From NCBI RefSeq assembly GCF_009914755.1, contig NC_060931.1: a stretch of DNA of 64,000 nucleotides; one strand, given 5' to 3'. Shown one piece after another: positions 41,730-57,116 of this stretch. Source of the DNA: the human T2T-CHM13v2.0 reference genome, Homo sapiens. The translations under genes and the position numbers were made by a program. The stretch's first letter is position 1, and every line of letters starts with the position of its first letter. The notes under the pieces are model-generated. The model had not been told where the DNA came from, searched no databases, and saw nothing but the letters and a program-made list of their open reading frames with translations.

Positions 41730-42879
41730 CTTATATGCTTTTACATCTAAACAAATTGCCTTGACTGGGAATGACTTTTAATGTACTCTTCCAGGCAAAT
41801 TCCCTAAAGGCAAATACTGATATATTCCTTCCTCCTGACATGGAAGTATTCCTCCTGACAGGTCAGTAGTAGCACAAACTGGCTTCTAAGGTAAGAAGAT
41901 TCTAGCATTTTTTACTCTTAAACATGTCTTGAGACCAGTTACTGTCTTTAGGAAATAAAGTCAGGCCAAACAGAAGTTGATCTACTCTGAGCTGAACAAG
42001 AAAACATTTTTTTAAAGGGCACTTCAAGTTTCACATTCTTTCTATACACATCCCTCCACCCTACCTTCCCATCCTAATCATCCATTGCTGGTTAAGGATA
42101 AGTCCATTTATTCTACAAAAGAAAGCTACTTGGTTCCATTTCTACAGCCAGGAACTATGTAGTAGACGCAGGTGAGAGAGCTTGTTGACAAGCAGGAGCA
42201 GGAGTAGGAGGGAGCCACATGGAAATCTGTGGTTATCAGGCAGAATCTGGCGAAAGGTAATGAGAGCAAACAGAAGTCGCACTGGCACAGAGCAACCTTA
42301 TGGTTGACACCTTTACTCATCAGGTATCACTTAGAGTTTGGGTGATCAACTATGTACCCAAGTGGAAGAGAGAATTTTCTCTCAGACTCACCCAGAAGCC
42401 ATCAAAGACAGAATATAACAATATATTTTTATAACCCTCATCAGCCTTGATCAGATTATTTTATGCCCTGAAAAGATTATGAGATTATGAGAGCTCATAT
42501 TCCCATATATTATTTAATGTCAAGGCCAAATATTTAAAATAAAAATACTACACCATGATATAAGTATAAGGAACTCCAATAAAGTCATTTGTTTCCTTTG
42601 ACTTTTAAAAATATCATGTGTCAATTAGTTTCAAAAAATTTTATTTTTATTTCCTGCTATTCTAAAGCCCCAAATTTGTATTTAGTCTGAAAACTGAGCA
42701 ATCCAAACTGCCAGCAATCATAACTCCTTTTCTTTTCGCTTCTTCCAACAAAACTTAGTGTGTAAAATACTTAATCTTAATAAAATTAAGTGAATTTGTT
42801 TATTTTGAAAGATAGCAATCTCAATTATAGTTGACAACAGATACAAATCAGTAAGACATTTGGAACACACCAATTATGA

Positions 42880-43600
42880 AGTGCCTTGTCCATCCAGATG
42901 GAGCCAAGAGAACAGAGCTCAGGAGAAACCCAAACAAGAGCTCTGGATTTGGGCATCACATGGCAGGTTAATCAAAGAAAGGGGATGATTGCCCAAGAGA
43001 GTGCAAAGTACACAAAGAGAAGATCAAATGCAGAACTAAAACAAATAGCCACAATTTTAAGCAGGATAAAGGCAGAAGACACAACTAAGACTAAAAACAA
43101 ATTACAGAGGCAAGAAGAGAGTGGTAGCTGATGAGGTAAGGGAGGAGTTTAGAAAAATGATGGCTAATCACATAGATTGTACAGTGATCAAGCCCCTGAG
43201 GAGAGTTTGAGTTGGGCAATTGGGAAGTCCTTGGCAACCTGAGACAGCTCTGGATGATCCCAGCAGAAGCCAGACTTCAGTGGACAGAGAATTACTAAGA
43301 GATGCATAAATGGAGATATTGAGTAAAAGCAACTGTTCAAACATGGGAGAACAGAGAGAAAGGAAAAGATTGAGGAGAGATTAATGTGAGGGATTTCCTC
43401 TTTTGTTTATTTCTCTTTTGTGAAGTATGTGGAGATGTAGCCTCTTTGAGGACTAATGGGAAGAAATTAAAATACAAAAGAAAGTCGATGGGTGTCTGTG
43501 CAAGCTCTTGCAGGAAGCAGGGAATAACAGAACAAGGGCGTGGCAGAAGGTATGCTCTTGACAGTGGGTTAAGATGCTTCTTCTTCCCACTCTGAGAATC
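42880..43600 (-). mobile_element. L2 internal fragment
   Basis: Purine-rich antisense L2-type text 'gagctcaggaga...ggatttgggcatca...gggcaattgggaagtccttggcaacctgagacagc...gaagccagacttcagtgg'. Confidence 0.6.
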
Positions 43601-44399
43601 AGTGAAGTAAGAATGGATAAATAGATAAACAATCTTAAAGGCGCAATAAAAATAAAATTGAGGTGATTTTTGTCTGACGGTGATAAAGTGTGGTAATGAT
43701 TTAAAAAGAAAGACCCAGAAACAATCCTTAAAACAGAGTCAAACATTGAGCATCCATCTCCAACGACTTTTAAAGAAAATATAGTTCTTATTTTCACTCA
43801 GGTTTTATAACTCCCAAGAGTGATTATTTGGGATTAAGGAGAAAAGGGATGCTAAATATAGTCCTCCGAATGGGAAATCCTCAATATCCAGAGATGCTGA
43901 CCAGAGAGAACAGAGGCCAATCAGAAAGAGCCTCTTCATTTAAGTGGGAAAAACTAAAAGATCAATAGGAGATCTTCCAGTACATATTTTAATTGATATA
44001 CCTAATTAAGATATTTTAGCTGGGTTAGCTAATAGTATTTTTAGCGATATAATTTATATTCCTTTAATATTACTTATTTTACCTATTATTTACACATATT
44101 TTGACCAGGCTATGGGTCAACTTCCCATTATTTAATCTGTGTCCTACTCATCAATTGACCTTACATCTCAAGACTATATCACATATGCATTTGTAAAATA
44201 TTACTGATTTCTTAAAATTTCTCTGCTCTTTTAGACCAGTCCACTTTTAACTCAGTATTCCAGAGGCCAAACTACTTATAAAGTCACAGCTGTCTCTTCG
44301 GGATTTGGCAGTGATACCATGGCCTGGTCATATGGCACAAAGTTTCTACAGCACCTTTACTCAACTTCTGCCTTGGGGCACAGCCCTCTGGGAACACAC

Positions 44400-44880
44400 A
44401 TCTGTCTCCTGTAGGACTGTGAGCCCCTGAAGAGCAAGAACCAGATCTTTTCAGGGTTCTAGTTCTTCTGTAGCTAGTAAAGGAACTTGTCTATTGTGAC
44501 TTTTCAATAAACATTTGATGAACTGAGTATTCATCCTACATTTAGTACTCTTTTAATAGTGGAGTAGATGTTTACTTAATATTCAATCTACCTATGACAG
44601 TCTACCATTTAGTCATGTCAACACTCATTTATCTTGCCTAAGGAGCAGCCTCTGAGAAAGATTCCTGAGATCCCAGCAGAATCCACCCCTCCTTTGTACC
44701 ATTACACCTGTTTATAACATTTGTAATTTTGTACCATAATTATTTGCTTCAATGCTTCCTCTCCTTCAATAACTATGAGCTTCAACAGTGTTAAGAACCT
44801 CATCTTATTTATCACAAAAGCCACTACCTGCCACAATCCCCAGTCCACAACAAGTACTCAATAGATGTTGTGAATGAATA
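44400..44880 (+). mobile_element. Two L2 3' end remnants
   Basis: 'ggactgtgagcccctgaagagcaagaacc...caataaacatttgatgaactga'; 'actatgagcttc...gtactcaatagatgttgtgaatgaat'. Confidence 0.6.
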
Positions 44881-46174
44881 GTACATATGTCTTCACAGTC
44901 AAATATATATGGAGCTGATAAAAACAATAATCAATATTTGTTTCTAAATAAAAGATTAACACCTAAAACAGTATTGCTTTATAAAATTTCCTTTATAAAT
45001 TATTTTCACCAAGTCTGTGAGGTAGGCATTATATCTAACCTTATATTAGAAATCACAAAATTACTTACCAAGACCATATCTACTTAGCTCTACCCAGTAT
45101 CAACTTCTATAATCATATCTAACATGTAGACACTAAATTTCCAGTTTTTTTGCAATGTATATACTTATGCAAAAATATTACAAAACAATTTTACTTATCG
45201 TTTTCATAGATGATTTTCCATAAGCAGAAATGTGTTTCAGTGAATTGTTTTTAAAAACCAAACTATTGAAAAATAACAATTAAAACTGTCACCATTTAGT
45301 ATATTTATTTAATATGTTAGGTCTTAATGAAATAACATGCACTACATAAAACTTACATTGTAAAGTATATGAAAGAGGCAGGAAGTAATAGATTTTTGGC
45401 TTCCATTTATATTTACATAAAATTACAAAGATTTTAAGTTTATTGGATTATTAACATAATTTCAATTTAAACTAATTTAAATTTAAAGTAGTAAGGACAG
45501 TAGAAACCTAAATCCCATTAATATTTTTGGAAGATTAGATGAGAGGCTAGAAACAAATTTTTTTCAAAACTTATCTATTCTGTTTCAACTGATACCAATT
45601 TCTATGATCTCAATACAAACTGGACGGACATTATCAGCTGCTTCTAAAGACTAAGTTGAAAATATAAACTTGCAAGGAATAAAAAAGAGATAGACTGGAA
45701 GAATATAGGAGGTAACACTACTAGAAGTCAAAGTAAAGTGCAAAATTTCAATCATGTCTCTTTATCAATTGCCACATTATCTTTTTATTGTGTAGAAACT
45801 TTATTATAAAGGATTTTTTATTTTTAAAAGCAAATATGTACATATATTTTCATTGAAAGTCTAATTACGGACTGAGTCTGTCTTCAGGATGCTTTATATA
45901 TGTGAGCTCATTTATTTCCATTGACTACCCTATGAGTTCCTTTTTATGAGTGTCGACGATTCTAAAATCCATGTGTTTTCCAGAGCATGATAAATTTAAC
46001 TTTTAGAAATTATCAGAAAAATATGAAATTTATTAAAACCAACACAAAAATTTATCTGAAATCTCTTTAAACCTGGAAATATTCCAGAGAAACTTTTTGC
46101 ATTGGTTTTAATGAATTTCATATTTTTCATGAATATGAATAGAATGCTAGACTGTGTAATCAAATTTAATTTTT

Positions 46175-46535
46175 ATTGTTTATTTTATTTTATTTCATTT
46201 CATTTCATTTCATTTCATTTCATTTTTGCTCTATCATTTCATTTCATTTTATTTTATTTTTGCTCTATCACCAAGGCGGGACTTCACCAACACAATCACG
46301 GCTCACTGCACCCTCGAACTCCTGGGCTCAAGTGATTCTCCCACCTTAGCCTCCAAGCAGCTAGTACCACAGGTGGGGTATGCCACCACATCCACCGTTT
46401 TGTTTTGTTTTGTTTTTGATAGAGACAGTATCTCTCTGTGTTGCCCAGACTGGTCTTGAACTACTTGGATCATGCAATCCTCCCACATTAGCCTCCCAAA
46501 GTGCTGGGATTATAGGCATAAGGGGCCACACCCAT
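46175..46535 (-). mobile_element. AluJ with (TTTCA)n-expanded tail
   Basis: Antisense AluJ; TSD aaatttaattttt at 46162-46174 / 46536-46548. Confidence 0.88.
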
Positions 46536-46919
46536 AAATTTAATTTTTAAACTAAGATTATTTGGGACCTTAGGAAAAATCATGAAAAATAATCTCTTGG
46601 AATAATGTGAAAGATTATATTGTTCCCTAAAAGGAACAAAATGCTTTACGGTGCTAGCCTTTTATACCATGCTGGCCATGCCAGCTAAAGTTCAGATCGG
46701 GTCATCATTTCCAGAATCAAACGATAAAAATCAAACTAGAAAAAAAAATTATTCAATGAAGTGACCCATTCATCACTAGGAGTGTTAAACTAGAACAATG
46801 TGGTATTTTCTCTAAAGCATCTTACAATCATTGTAAATTAGGAGATTATGAAGTCTCATTCAAAAAGATTATGGAGGACACTAAGAGTCTCCTATACACT
46901 ATTTTCTAAATAAAAGGGA

Positions 46920-47365
46920 CTTTTTAAAAAACTATTTAGTTAATAAAAGCAATACATGCTCATTGTGAGTGTGGGAGAAACAGGAAGAAACAAAATAAAG
47001 CACTTTCACGAAATAGGAAATGAAAATATGAGAATTTAAATGATTTAAATTTAAATAATCATTTTTCCTAGCTTCTTTCCCCATAAATAATCATTGTTAA
47101 TGGTTCCTTCAAAATTTTTCACTGCACGTTTGTTGTTTATATATCCATATAGCTTTAAAGATCTTTACGTAAACGCTCTCATACTATTTGCAGTTTTACA
47201 TTTTTGTAACGTAAAAATATATCTTAGGCACGACTCTTTAACAGGGCATACAAAATTGACTCACTGGTTCTCAGAGCTGTGCAGTATTTCGCTGAATAGG
47301 TATATCAATTTATTTTGCCCTTACTGAGGCTGACTTGAGCTACTTCCAGTTTTTCGTTTATGAAG
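46920..47365 (-). mobile_element. Very old L1ME-like 3' end
   Basis: 'ataaaagcaatacatgctcattg', 'gctgtgcagtatttcgctgaataggtatatc', 'tacttccagtttttc'. Confidence 0.5.
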
Positions 47366-47544
47366 TTTCCCTAAACTTCCACGAACTCTCTTGAATCCTC
47401 TTATATTCACAAAGCCATCATGAATTAATGCTATGTTATTTTACAAAATCGGAGGCCCAGAAAATACTGAAAAGGTTGAGGAAGTACCAACTCTTACAAC
47501 GATCACATAAGCCAACAAATTCCTTTAAAAATGAACAAAGTATT

Positions 47545-47898
<354 letters not shown>

Positions 47899-48689
47899 CT
47901 AATTATTTGATGAAGATATCTCCATACGTCTTTAAAAAGGCAATCAAAGATAAAATAATCATAGAATTGGGCTTCAACAAACCAAAGTACCATCTGTCAT
48001 CAGTTAAGGAAGTATCAGCTGGAAGGATGGGAAAAACAACTATATTTTAAAACTCAGCAGAACTACTATACAATGCGATAGCTTTCAGTGTGTTCACTCA
48101 ATACTATTACATTCTATCAAATGACAAATCCATCTAATTCTAAAGACTAAAATTGCAGTTTAAAATGTTTAAAATAATTTTGCTCCTTTGAAAATTACTC
48201 TTGATGCTAGGCAATTACTTTCAAATTAAAAGTTCCTTCAGACTTTAGAATTGTCACACATTAGTAGGGATTTAAAGCAAAGATATACCTTACAGTAAGC
48301 AACAATAACAAAGAAGGAGGAAAAAACATTGACTAAATATAATTTAGAAATCAGTAGACAGATAATATTGCACAGAAGAATGAAGAGTACATAGATAATC
48401 TAAATCTAGGGACATCTGGGTTTTAATTACACTTTTTCACCAAGGATTCCAAAGATGGCATTTTGAAGCCATGTATTCTTTTCCTGTCCTCCAGGACACA
48501 AGAATGCAATTACTAATGGGAAAATAAAGACAGACTTTCTTTTACTCATTTTGAAAAAAGAAAAAAATGCTCTCTCTAGTCTGCATAAACTGGCTGAAGT
48601 TTTGATCTGATGTGACAATTCCTCTAAATATGGCTCCAGATCTGCCCTTAGAATCATATAATACTGTGAGTAACAACACAGGTCAGAAC

Positions 48690-49270
48690 GGCTCTCGGTC
48701 ATATTCCTGGCTCAACTACTCAATAGCAGAGTGACTTTAAGCAAGTTCTGAGTCTTATTTTCCTAACCCGTACAAGCAGTTATTATTACCCTATGGGCTG
48801 CTGTGTGGATCAACTTACATAATGAACTCAAAGTTCCTACAACATGGGTGTACCAGGTCACTCTGGTTAACCACAGCTCCTTGTGAAGCAGTGATTCATA
48901 CTTTCCAGCATGTATCACATGCTGCAATCAAACTGGAATCCATAACTATTCCCTAAACACGCCCTGATAATTTCTGCTTTGATTCATGCTACTTCTACAA
49001 ATGATGCCTTTTTCCACCATAACTGCCTACCAAAATCTTATCCTTCTTTCAATACTTTTGCAAATGCTACTTCCTTTATGAAGCATTTTTCCCAATTCTC
49101 CTCTGTTATTAGGACTCGTTCATTCTGGAACTCTGTTCTTCCATCATACTTATATCTGGCCTTAGAGTTATAATGCCCTTGTCATATCTTTCTCTTTCTT
49201 TAGATTCTAAGTTCCCAAAAATAATGTAAACTTCTTCAATATTTACCAAAAACTACCAATTGAATTGAAT
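48690..49270 (+). mobile_element. MIR followed by L2 fragment
   Basis: 'gtgactttaagcaagttctgagtcttattttcc'; 'tccttctttcaatacttttgcaaatgctacttcctttatgaagcatttt...tagattctaagttcc'. Confidence 0.6.
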
Positions 49271-51714
49271 GTTTGAGTGGAGAATATATGCATTTTCAGA
49301 GATATATACAAACAGGTAGAGATCTGGAAAACTGTTTCAGCTCCCAATGTCCTCCCTCAATATGGACTAAATTCCACTGAACTTGATAGCTATGTCAGTC
49401 ACTACATTTTCGAACTGCATTTCCTAGTGGGGCTGTTATAATTTGTGTCCATTTTTTTTTCATTAATTTACATGTATTTGTGAAGTAGGTTTCAAGAAAG
49501 GGATTGAAATAAACACATTTTTATTCTGCCACCATTTTACAAAAAAACCTGCCTCATTTCCGAATAAATAAATACAGCCTACATATAATGTATATTAACT
49601 CAAATATTTCAATTCTCTCATTTAAGTATGCGAGTATTTCTATTTAAAGTTCTTTGATTCTAAAACTAAGAGTAACTGGACAACCTGTCAGTTCCCTGTA
49701 ATTTCCTTTTGCACCTTCACACACTGTCAGCAATACAACCACAGTTAATTAAAATATGTACGTGGAACATGTAAAATAGCATCAAATATGAAATATGTAA
49801 AAGTTGAAAACACTAAAAGAAGCCAAAACTAAAAATGATTCTCCTTAACACATTAAAAACAGTACTATGTCTGAATAGAAAAAGAAAAGCCAATGGTAAT
49901 CACTAAAGTTATTCTCCTGTAACAATGTTAACCTATATAATTTGATTTGAGTAAGAAGTTTACAGAATGTTAGTCTGATATAACAAACCAATTAGAAGAA
50001 GCATAAGCTTTATCTTTCACTATCATTCTGTTTTTTGGTGAAGGAGCTTTGAGCAGTAAATAATTTACTATCAAAAGCAGCAAACTCTGCTAAAGTTAAA
50101 ATTACAATCTTATGAGTGCATGTGCATTAGGGATCATGTTAAAACCATCAACCTCATTTCAGTAGATGTCTTATCTCACATAAAGTATGCTGCTAGACAT
50201 AAAGCATCAGTGGTTTACCTCTAAATGATCCAGTCCCTCCAGGAAACTGGGTGTAGTTTTAATAAAATTGAACTCATAAGTTTTTATTACATTTATAATG
50301 AATGCTTTTCAGTTTTATAGGCTCTTTGAAGGAGCAATTTAGTTTCTCTATTAAAACATGACTTTATATCCTTCACAACTCTCAGGTTTCAATTTTATGT
50401 TGCTACCACTCTCAATATAAATGAAGATATTGAAGTTTTAATAAAGGTATAGAGTTATTTTTATTGTACATATGAAATGTGAGTTTACAAAATTACAGGG
50501 AAAAGTACAGCATATTAAAATTTCTTTCTATTCTTACTTTTCTGTATCCTTTCTGCCACACAAAACTAACCAAAGGTGATATAACATATTTAGGTATTAA
50601 TAAAGCAGGATTCATGATATTGTCTTTTCTTAGAATAAAGCATAATCTAATCTTTCAAAAATGTCTTATTAGCACAGTCGAAAGTGTAATACTGTTTAAT
50701 TTAACTTGTTGGATCTTTAATCAATCTCTTTATTACATCTAGTGGAACTATATAAAATTTTCAAACATATTGGCTTTATTTACACCATCAAAGTTTGCCC
50801 AACAGTAGGGATTATTACAAATGAACAACAGAACATTTTGTTTGTATTTTGTTTGTCTACTTTCCCAACTAAAGAACCTGGTATATACTGGGTTCTATTT
50901 TGGAAGCTTACATTTAAAAATTGAGGAAGGTATTATTTCTGCCCGTGAAGAACTCACTATCTGCTGGAAAAAAAAGAAACAGACACATATACCATTATAA
51001 TACACTGTTATATGGCTGTAATAAATAATAGACATAATAAATATCTATATCCATAATAGATAATTTAGAGCAATAATGGGACCACTGAGGAAAAGCAATC
51101 AACTCTGCCCTGGCAGAGAAACAGTTCATGGAGATTTCACCTAGAACTTGAGGAATAAAAGGAATTCCACAAACAGATAAAAGACAAAAAGGCATTACAA
51201 ACAATAGGAAGAACCCATTAACATAACTGCCAATAGTATTTAGTACTCCTGCAAGAACTAATATTGTCATTGTTGCTTATTTTATTCAATAACAATTTGA
51301 ACAAAATTATAGTACTATAGTGAAAAACCAAAGAGCTTTTCCTTGTGGAAAATTCTTTTGGAAAATTCTTTTAGATTAAGTCTTCTATAAAGACAAAATC
51401 AGATCCTACTCATACAATCCTGATTCCCATCTTGGCTTGTTTGGATGTTTAGAAACAATTCTTATCTGTTCTAAGAAACACATATGAAAAAGCTTGTATC
51501 AAACACATATGCTTGGAGGGTCTGAAGACATCTTTTAAACACAAACAATTCATTAAATGGAAATGCAAAGCATGCCTACATCCTACTACTATATAATGAA
51601 AATCGATGTGTTATCACCAACCAACATTTAACGTATCAAATCCAAAAAAAAAAAAAACTGCGTCAATTTCAGGAATGTAATCTTTATACAGTTTTTTGAG
51701 AATTATAATATAAC

Positions 51715-52380
<666 letters not shown>

Positions 52381-53589
52381 CCAAGCCACATGCAAAACTA
52401 GACATTAATTTCAAAGCCCATCTTTTGAAAAGTAGCTTCTCCATTTGACTAAACAGGTTCCTAGTGTTGTAATAAATAACATCATTTGACCCATCATTCA
52501 AAGCGTAATTGTCACTTGAGAGACAATTAAAAGTTAAATGAAGAATTTCTGTTTCCTTTGATATCAGGTTATAAATTTCCATGACACCCACTCTTGGCAG
52601 AAAAAGTCAGTGTAATTAAAATCCATTAATGGAACTTAAATTTGTCTGGAAAAGGAAGCTGTTAACTGGAGTGCTGGCCCCTAAGTCCACCATGCTAACA
52701 ATTCTCTGATAACAAGTTTCAAGAATCAAAAATAACTGTACTCACGCACTCATAGCTTCCTGTCATGTAGAATTCATTGTTATGGAAGTGTCTTCTTTCT
52801 CCCATGGAGGCCTATCATTTAAACTGATCTACTCCAAATAAACCCAACGGGGCAAAGATGAGTGTCCTCACAGTTAGTTTCACTCGTGAACCCAGCCAGC
52901 AATTCAAGTGCCTCCACTTTGTTCTAGGTTGCTGCACTCTAATGATCGACAGTACAGAGGATATGTAGAATTGACTCTTCACAGAGACTGGCTAAAACAG
53001 TGCTAAAATATAACATCAAAGGAAAATATTATCCAAGCAAAAAAGGAGTTTGGGGAAATGAACTACTTCTCTTTAGAAATGAGATAAAGAAATAATAAGC
53101 AACTTTACACTATGAACTCTATCTAGTTGACCCAATAATGATTGATTAGTAGAGTAGAAACAGAGATGAGTGTGAAGGGGATGTTAGGAATTTGTAGAGA
53201 CCTAGCCTCTTGAAATCCATTTTGGAAAATGATGGACAGAAACAATCAAGCAAATAAAGAAATCCATAGGTGACCACCATATTGAGAGACCAAGTTTAAT
53301 ATAGATGGCTTGAGTATTGATCTCTTGCCCTAAACTATAAACATTAATGGTTATGGGGAAGTAATCTACCCTCTGTAAATAGGCCATTGGCCATCCAAAA
53401 ATGAGAAGTGACTATTACAACCTCCCAAACTAGTACTATCTATTCAGACACAGATGCAAGTAAAAAGAAGAAGGGTGATATTCAAAGGGATGATAGTTCA
53501 TTTGAGATGAATTAATTCTTGAAACAAATGCTAACATAAAAAGAAGTCAGTCACCTTAATAGGCAAGACGGTTTTTTTTCTTTTACCAT

Positions 53590-53845
53590 ATTCATTCAAT
53601 AAACATTTATTGAGGGCATCCTATATACCAGGTGCTGATCTTGGCACTGGGATACAGCAAAAAACAAAACAGATACCAGTCCCTGTTCTCATGGAGTTTT
53701 TATTCTAATGAAGGAAACAAACAGAAAAAAAAATCAAGAAAAATATATAGTATGTCAGATGGCAACAAGCGTTTTGAAGAAAATGAAGGCAAGATAGATA
53801 CAGATTATTGGGGAAGGTGTTACTTTAAATAAGGCAGTCAGAAAA
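53590..53845 (-). mobile_element. L2 3' end
   Basis: 'ttcattcaataaacatttattgagggcatcctatataccaggtgctg...gtccctgttctcatggagttttattcta'. Confidence 0.8.
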
Positions 53846-55009
53846 TATAAGGCATAGGTTTTTAAAACAATAAAAAAGAAATAATGTTTGGGAAAGAGTA
53901 GCCTAGGGTAATATTACATTATTATACTGGTTCTTTTTTTTTTTTTTTTTCAATTAAAACTGAAGGACCAAAGAAACCCAAGGAATTAGATTCATGATGC
54001 TACTTGTTCTGCTTCTATCACCATCAAACATTAGGTAAAATAATTCTTCTTTGCCTTCACCTTGTCCATTTTCTGGAGGAAGGGACATAGGTTTGATACA
54101 ACAAATCAAAAAAACAAAAAAGATCCTCGGGGTATTTATGCAGTATAATAAAGAGCAAAGCAATGTAATTCCAAAAAGATAGCTCTCAAATATTTGAAAA
54201 AAAATCACTAAATCCTAAAACTTCTCTTGGAAACAATTTCCATGTCTCAAGACCATTACATTGGTTACCCTTGTAAGAATTTTCTTAGGAATAGTTTAAA
54301 ATGGTTACTTTGATAATACAAAAGATCTCACACTATAGAACTGCTGAATGGACTCACAAATCACTTATACTTTTAAAGTCTAACCATCCCAATGTACACT
54401 CAGAAAGGAAATAAATCTGACATTCAAAAAATATTCTTTTACCTTTTATAGTATCTACATTTTAAAATATTATTCTAAAATAATATCATTCCTCTAGTGG
54501 ATGTGAAATTATCTTGTTCTGTCCAACAATGTTTCAACGACTGAGACAAATCCTGCTGTGATTAGTTTTGAAAATACTTTCACAAGCCCACATCGCTCAC
54601 TGATGCAAATGTCTCATGAGAGGCATCTACCTTTAAAATGCAATTTGGGATCTGCTTCTGTTAAAAGTAAATTACAATATGAACTACAAGGGCATAAAAC
54701 AACAACAAAAAAATCTCATTTTAGTTTATAATAAAACCTAGAGCATATCATCACCTCTGCAAGACAACATATATGAAAAAATATCTGATTAAAATTTAAT
54801 ATGCTGTACAGTTTTCCAAGCATACTAAGTATTAAATAATGCCAGTTGATCTATATTATGTGTATTAGCACATAAGCATAAAGTAGCTATATATGATATT
54901 ATAATGATCTACCAGCTCTCTTTTCCCATAAAAATTCTGTACTATACTTTGTGATTTTGAATAAAAATAAATTTTTAAAAAAATAAAACTTCTTGGCTAC
55001 CACCTATAT

Positions 55010-55180
55010 ACTTGAGGTACTTTCACATTTAAATAACATGTTGAGTACTTTCATATAAGAAATGATTTAATCTTTACAAGAGCTTATGTTTTGCTATCCC
55101 CCATTTAAAGATAAAGAAGCTAAGCCTTAGAGAAGTTAACTGACCTACTGAAGATCACAGAGTAAGTGTCTACAATTCAA
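55010..55180 (-). mobile_element. MIR
   Basis: 'tatcccccatttaaagataaagaagctaagccttagagaagttaactgacc'. Confidence 0.7.
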
Positions 55181-55299
55181 ACTGCTTTTATTGATGTAGT
55201 CATTACTTAAACATTGTTGGGAGTATATTGGGATGTAAAGTGTGACAATATAGTAATCAGAATGAATTCTTTTTCATCAATATATCAAACTTCATACAC

Positions 55300-55704
55300 T
55301 ATCTTAGTCCATTCCTCCTGCTATAACAAAATATCAGACTGGGTAATTTATAAGGAACAGAAATTTACTTCTTACAGTTCTGGAGGCTGAGAAGTCCAAG
55401 ACCAAGGTGCCAGCATTCAGTGTCTGGTGAGGGCCTTCTTGCTGTATCCTCACATTGCAGGAGGGGCAAAAAGTACACAAGGGACAACACTGTGTCTTCA
55501 CATGGCAGAGGTGGAAAGCCAAAAACAAAACAAAACAGGCCTAAGACCCTCCTTTCCACCTCTTTTATAAGGTCACTAATCCCATTCATGAGAGCTCTAG
55601 CCTTATGACTTAATCACTTCCTAAAGGCTCCACCTCTTAATACTATCACATTGGTGATTAAGTTTCAACATATGAATTCTGGGGGACATATTCAGCCCAT
55701 CACA
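55300..55704 (-). mobile_element. MST (MSTD-like) MaLR LTR
   Basis: 'tatcttagtccatt...cagttctggaggctgagaagtccaag...cacctcttaatactatcacattgg...attcagcccatcaca'; TSD tacac / tacat. Confidence 0.88.
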
Positions 55705-56854
55705 TACATCAATAAGTGAAGCCCTTCACAGTGTTTTTACTTGGTTTGTTGTGTATTTCTTTCAAGGAAATTATCACTGCTACAGTTGTCCAAAGAACTT
55801 CTCTATGGAGATTGTCACAGAGCCAATTTCCTAACTCCTCAGGAAAATCAGTTCCATTGAACGTCACAGGACCTTATACAGATTAAAGGTCTCTTGCTAA
55901 CCAAATATATATTTTTCTCCCTCCTTCCAACTTTACCTCTTTGAATTTTTGAATTCAAGAATTAAATTTGTAAACTATCCATATCAGTAAAAAAAAACAT
56001 TAAATAAAAATTAATAATAACAAAAAATATAGGAGATTTACACACTTAAAAAAAAGATTAAATTATGAACTATAGGCCATGCCATCTTGCTCCCATTCTG
56101 CTCTCTCCCAGTTGCTGCTCTAGAGCTGAGTCTAATCCTATACTGAGTTCCACAGAGGAGCCCATGGGAACAAGCTGAGGCTGTTGATGAGGGGGGCCTT
56201 ATTTGATTCATATCAGGAGTCAGACTAGCTGGGGCGAGTTCATTTGTGACCTGCTTGCATTAAGTGCCAATACATAATAACATAGAAGAAACTGGCTGGA
56301 AGCCTTTATGCATCATCTACAAGTACAATCACTTTAAGTAGAGGACCGCCTGCACAGCTCCAAACCCAAGTGCACACAATTAAAACGTGCTACAAAACAC
56401 AGTGTTAAATCTCTAAAGACATCCCAATGATACCAAATCTGTTTTTCTAATGGCACACAAGACTGCTTTAAAACACCTCAAACCCTATCTTATTCTTACA
56501 CAGCTGTGATTTTAAAGAATCTATAACCTCCTTCAGATCTCACTATTAGTAAAGACCAGAGGTTTTTCATTACGTCTCCCTTAGAACACTAGATAGTGCT
56601 TGCTTTAACTTAAGCTTATTTCCTCTCCATCCACCCAGAGGAAACAAACAAAAACATGTTTCTTTTAATATCCCTTTATACCAGTAAGTCCCCTTTAGCT
56701 TTCCAGCACTAAGATACATTAAGTCCAGAATTGCTAAGCAATTTTCAAGCCTTTCAATTAGTTCCCCCAAATCAGCATCTCGAACTACATTTCAAGTCTA
56801 CATTTATATGCATTTTGGTGTATAGCGACCGAGTAAGTGACTGTGCTCTTCAGA

Positions 56855-57116
56855 TTTTTTTTTAATTCTTAGTTTTTGTGGGTACATAGTAGCTGTACAC
56901 ATTTATGGGGTACATGAGATATTTTGATAAAGACATACAATATACAATGTATCAAAATAATAACATAAGGATAAATGGAATTACCTCAAGCATTTATCAT
57001 TTATGTTATAAACAATCCAATTATACTCTTTCAGTTATTTTAAATGTACAGTTGAATTATTATTAACTACAGTCACTCTATTGTGCTATCAACAAGTAGA
57101 TCTTATTCATTCTTTC
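56855..57116 (-). mobile_element. L1MA 3' end, short
   Basis: 'tttttgtgggtacatagtag...atttatggggtacatgagatattttgat...ccaattatactctttcagttatttt'. Confidence 0.85.

Noticed and set aside
51346-51371. 13-bp tandem duplication, plus short hairpins at ~38403 and ~55938
   Set aside because: Too short to exceed background expectation.
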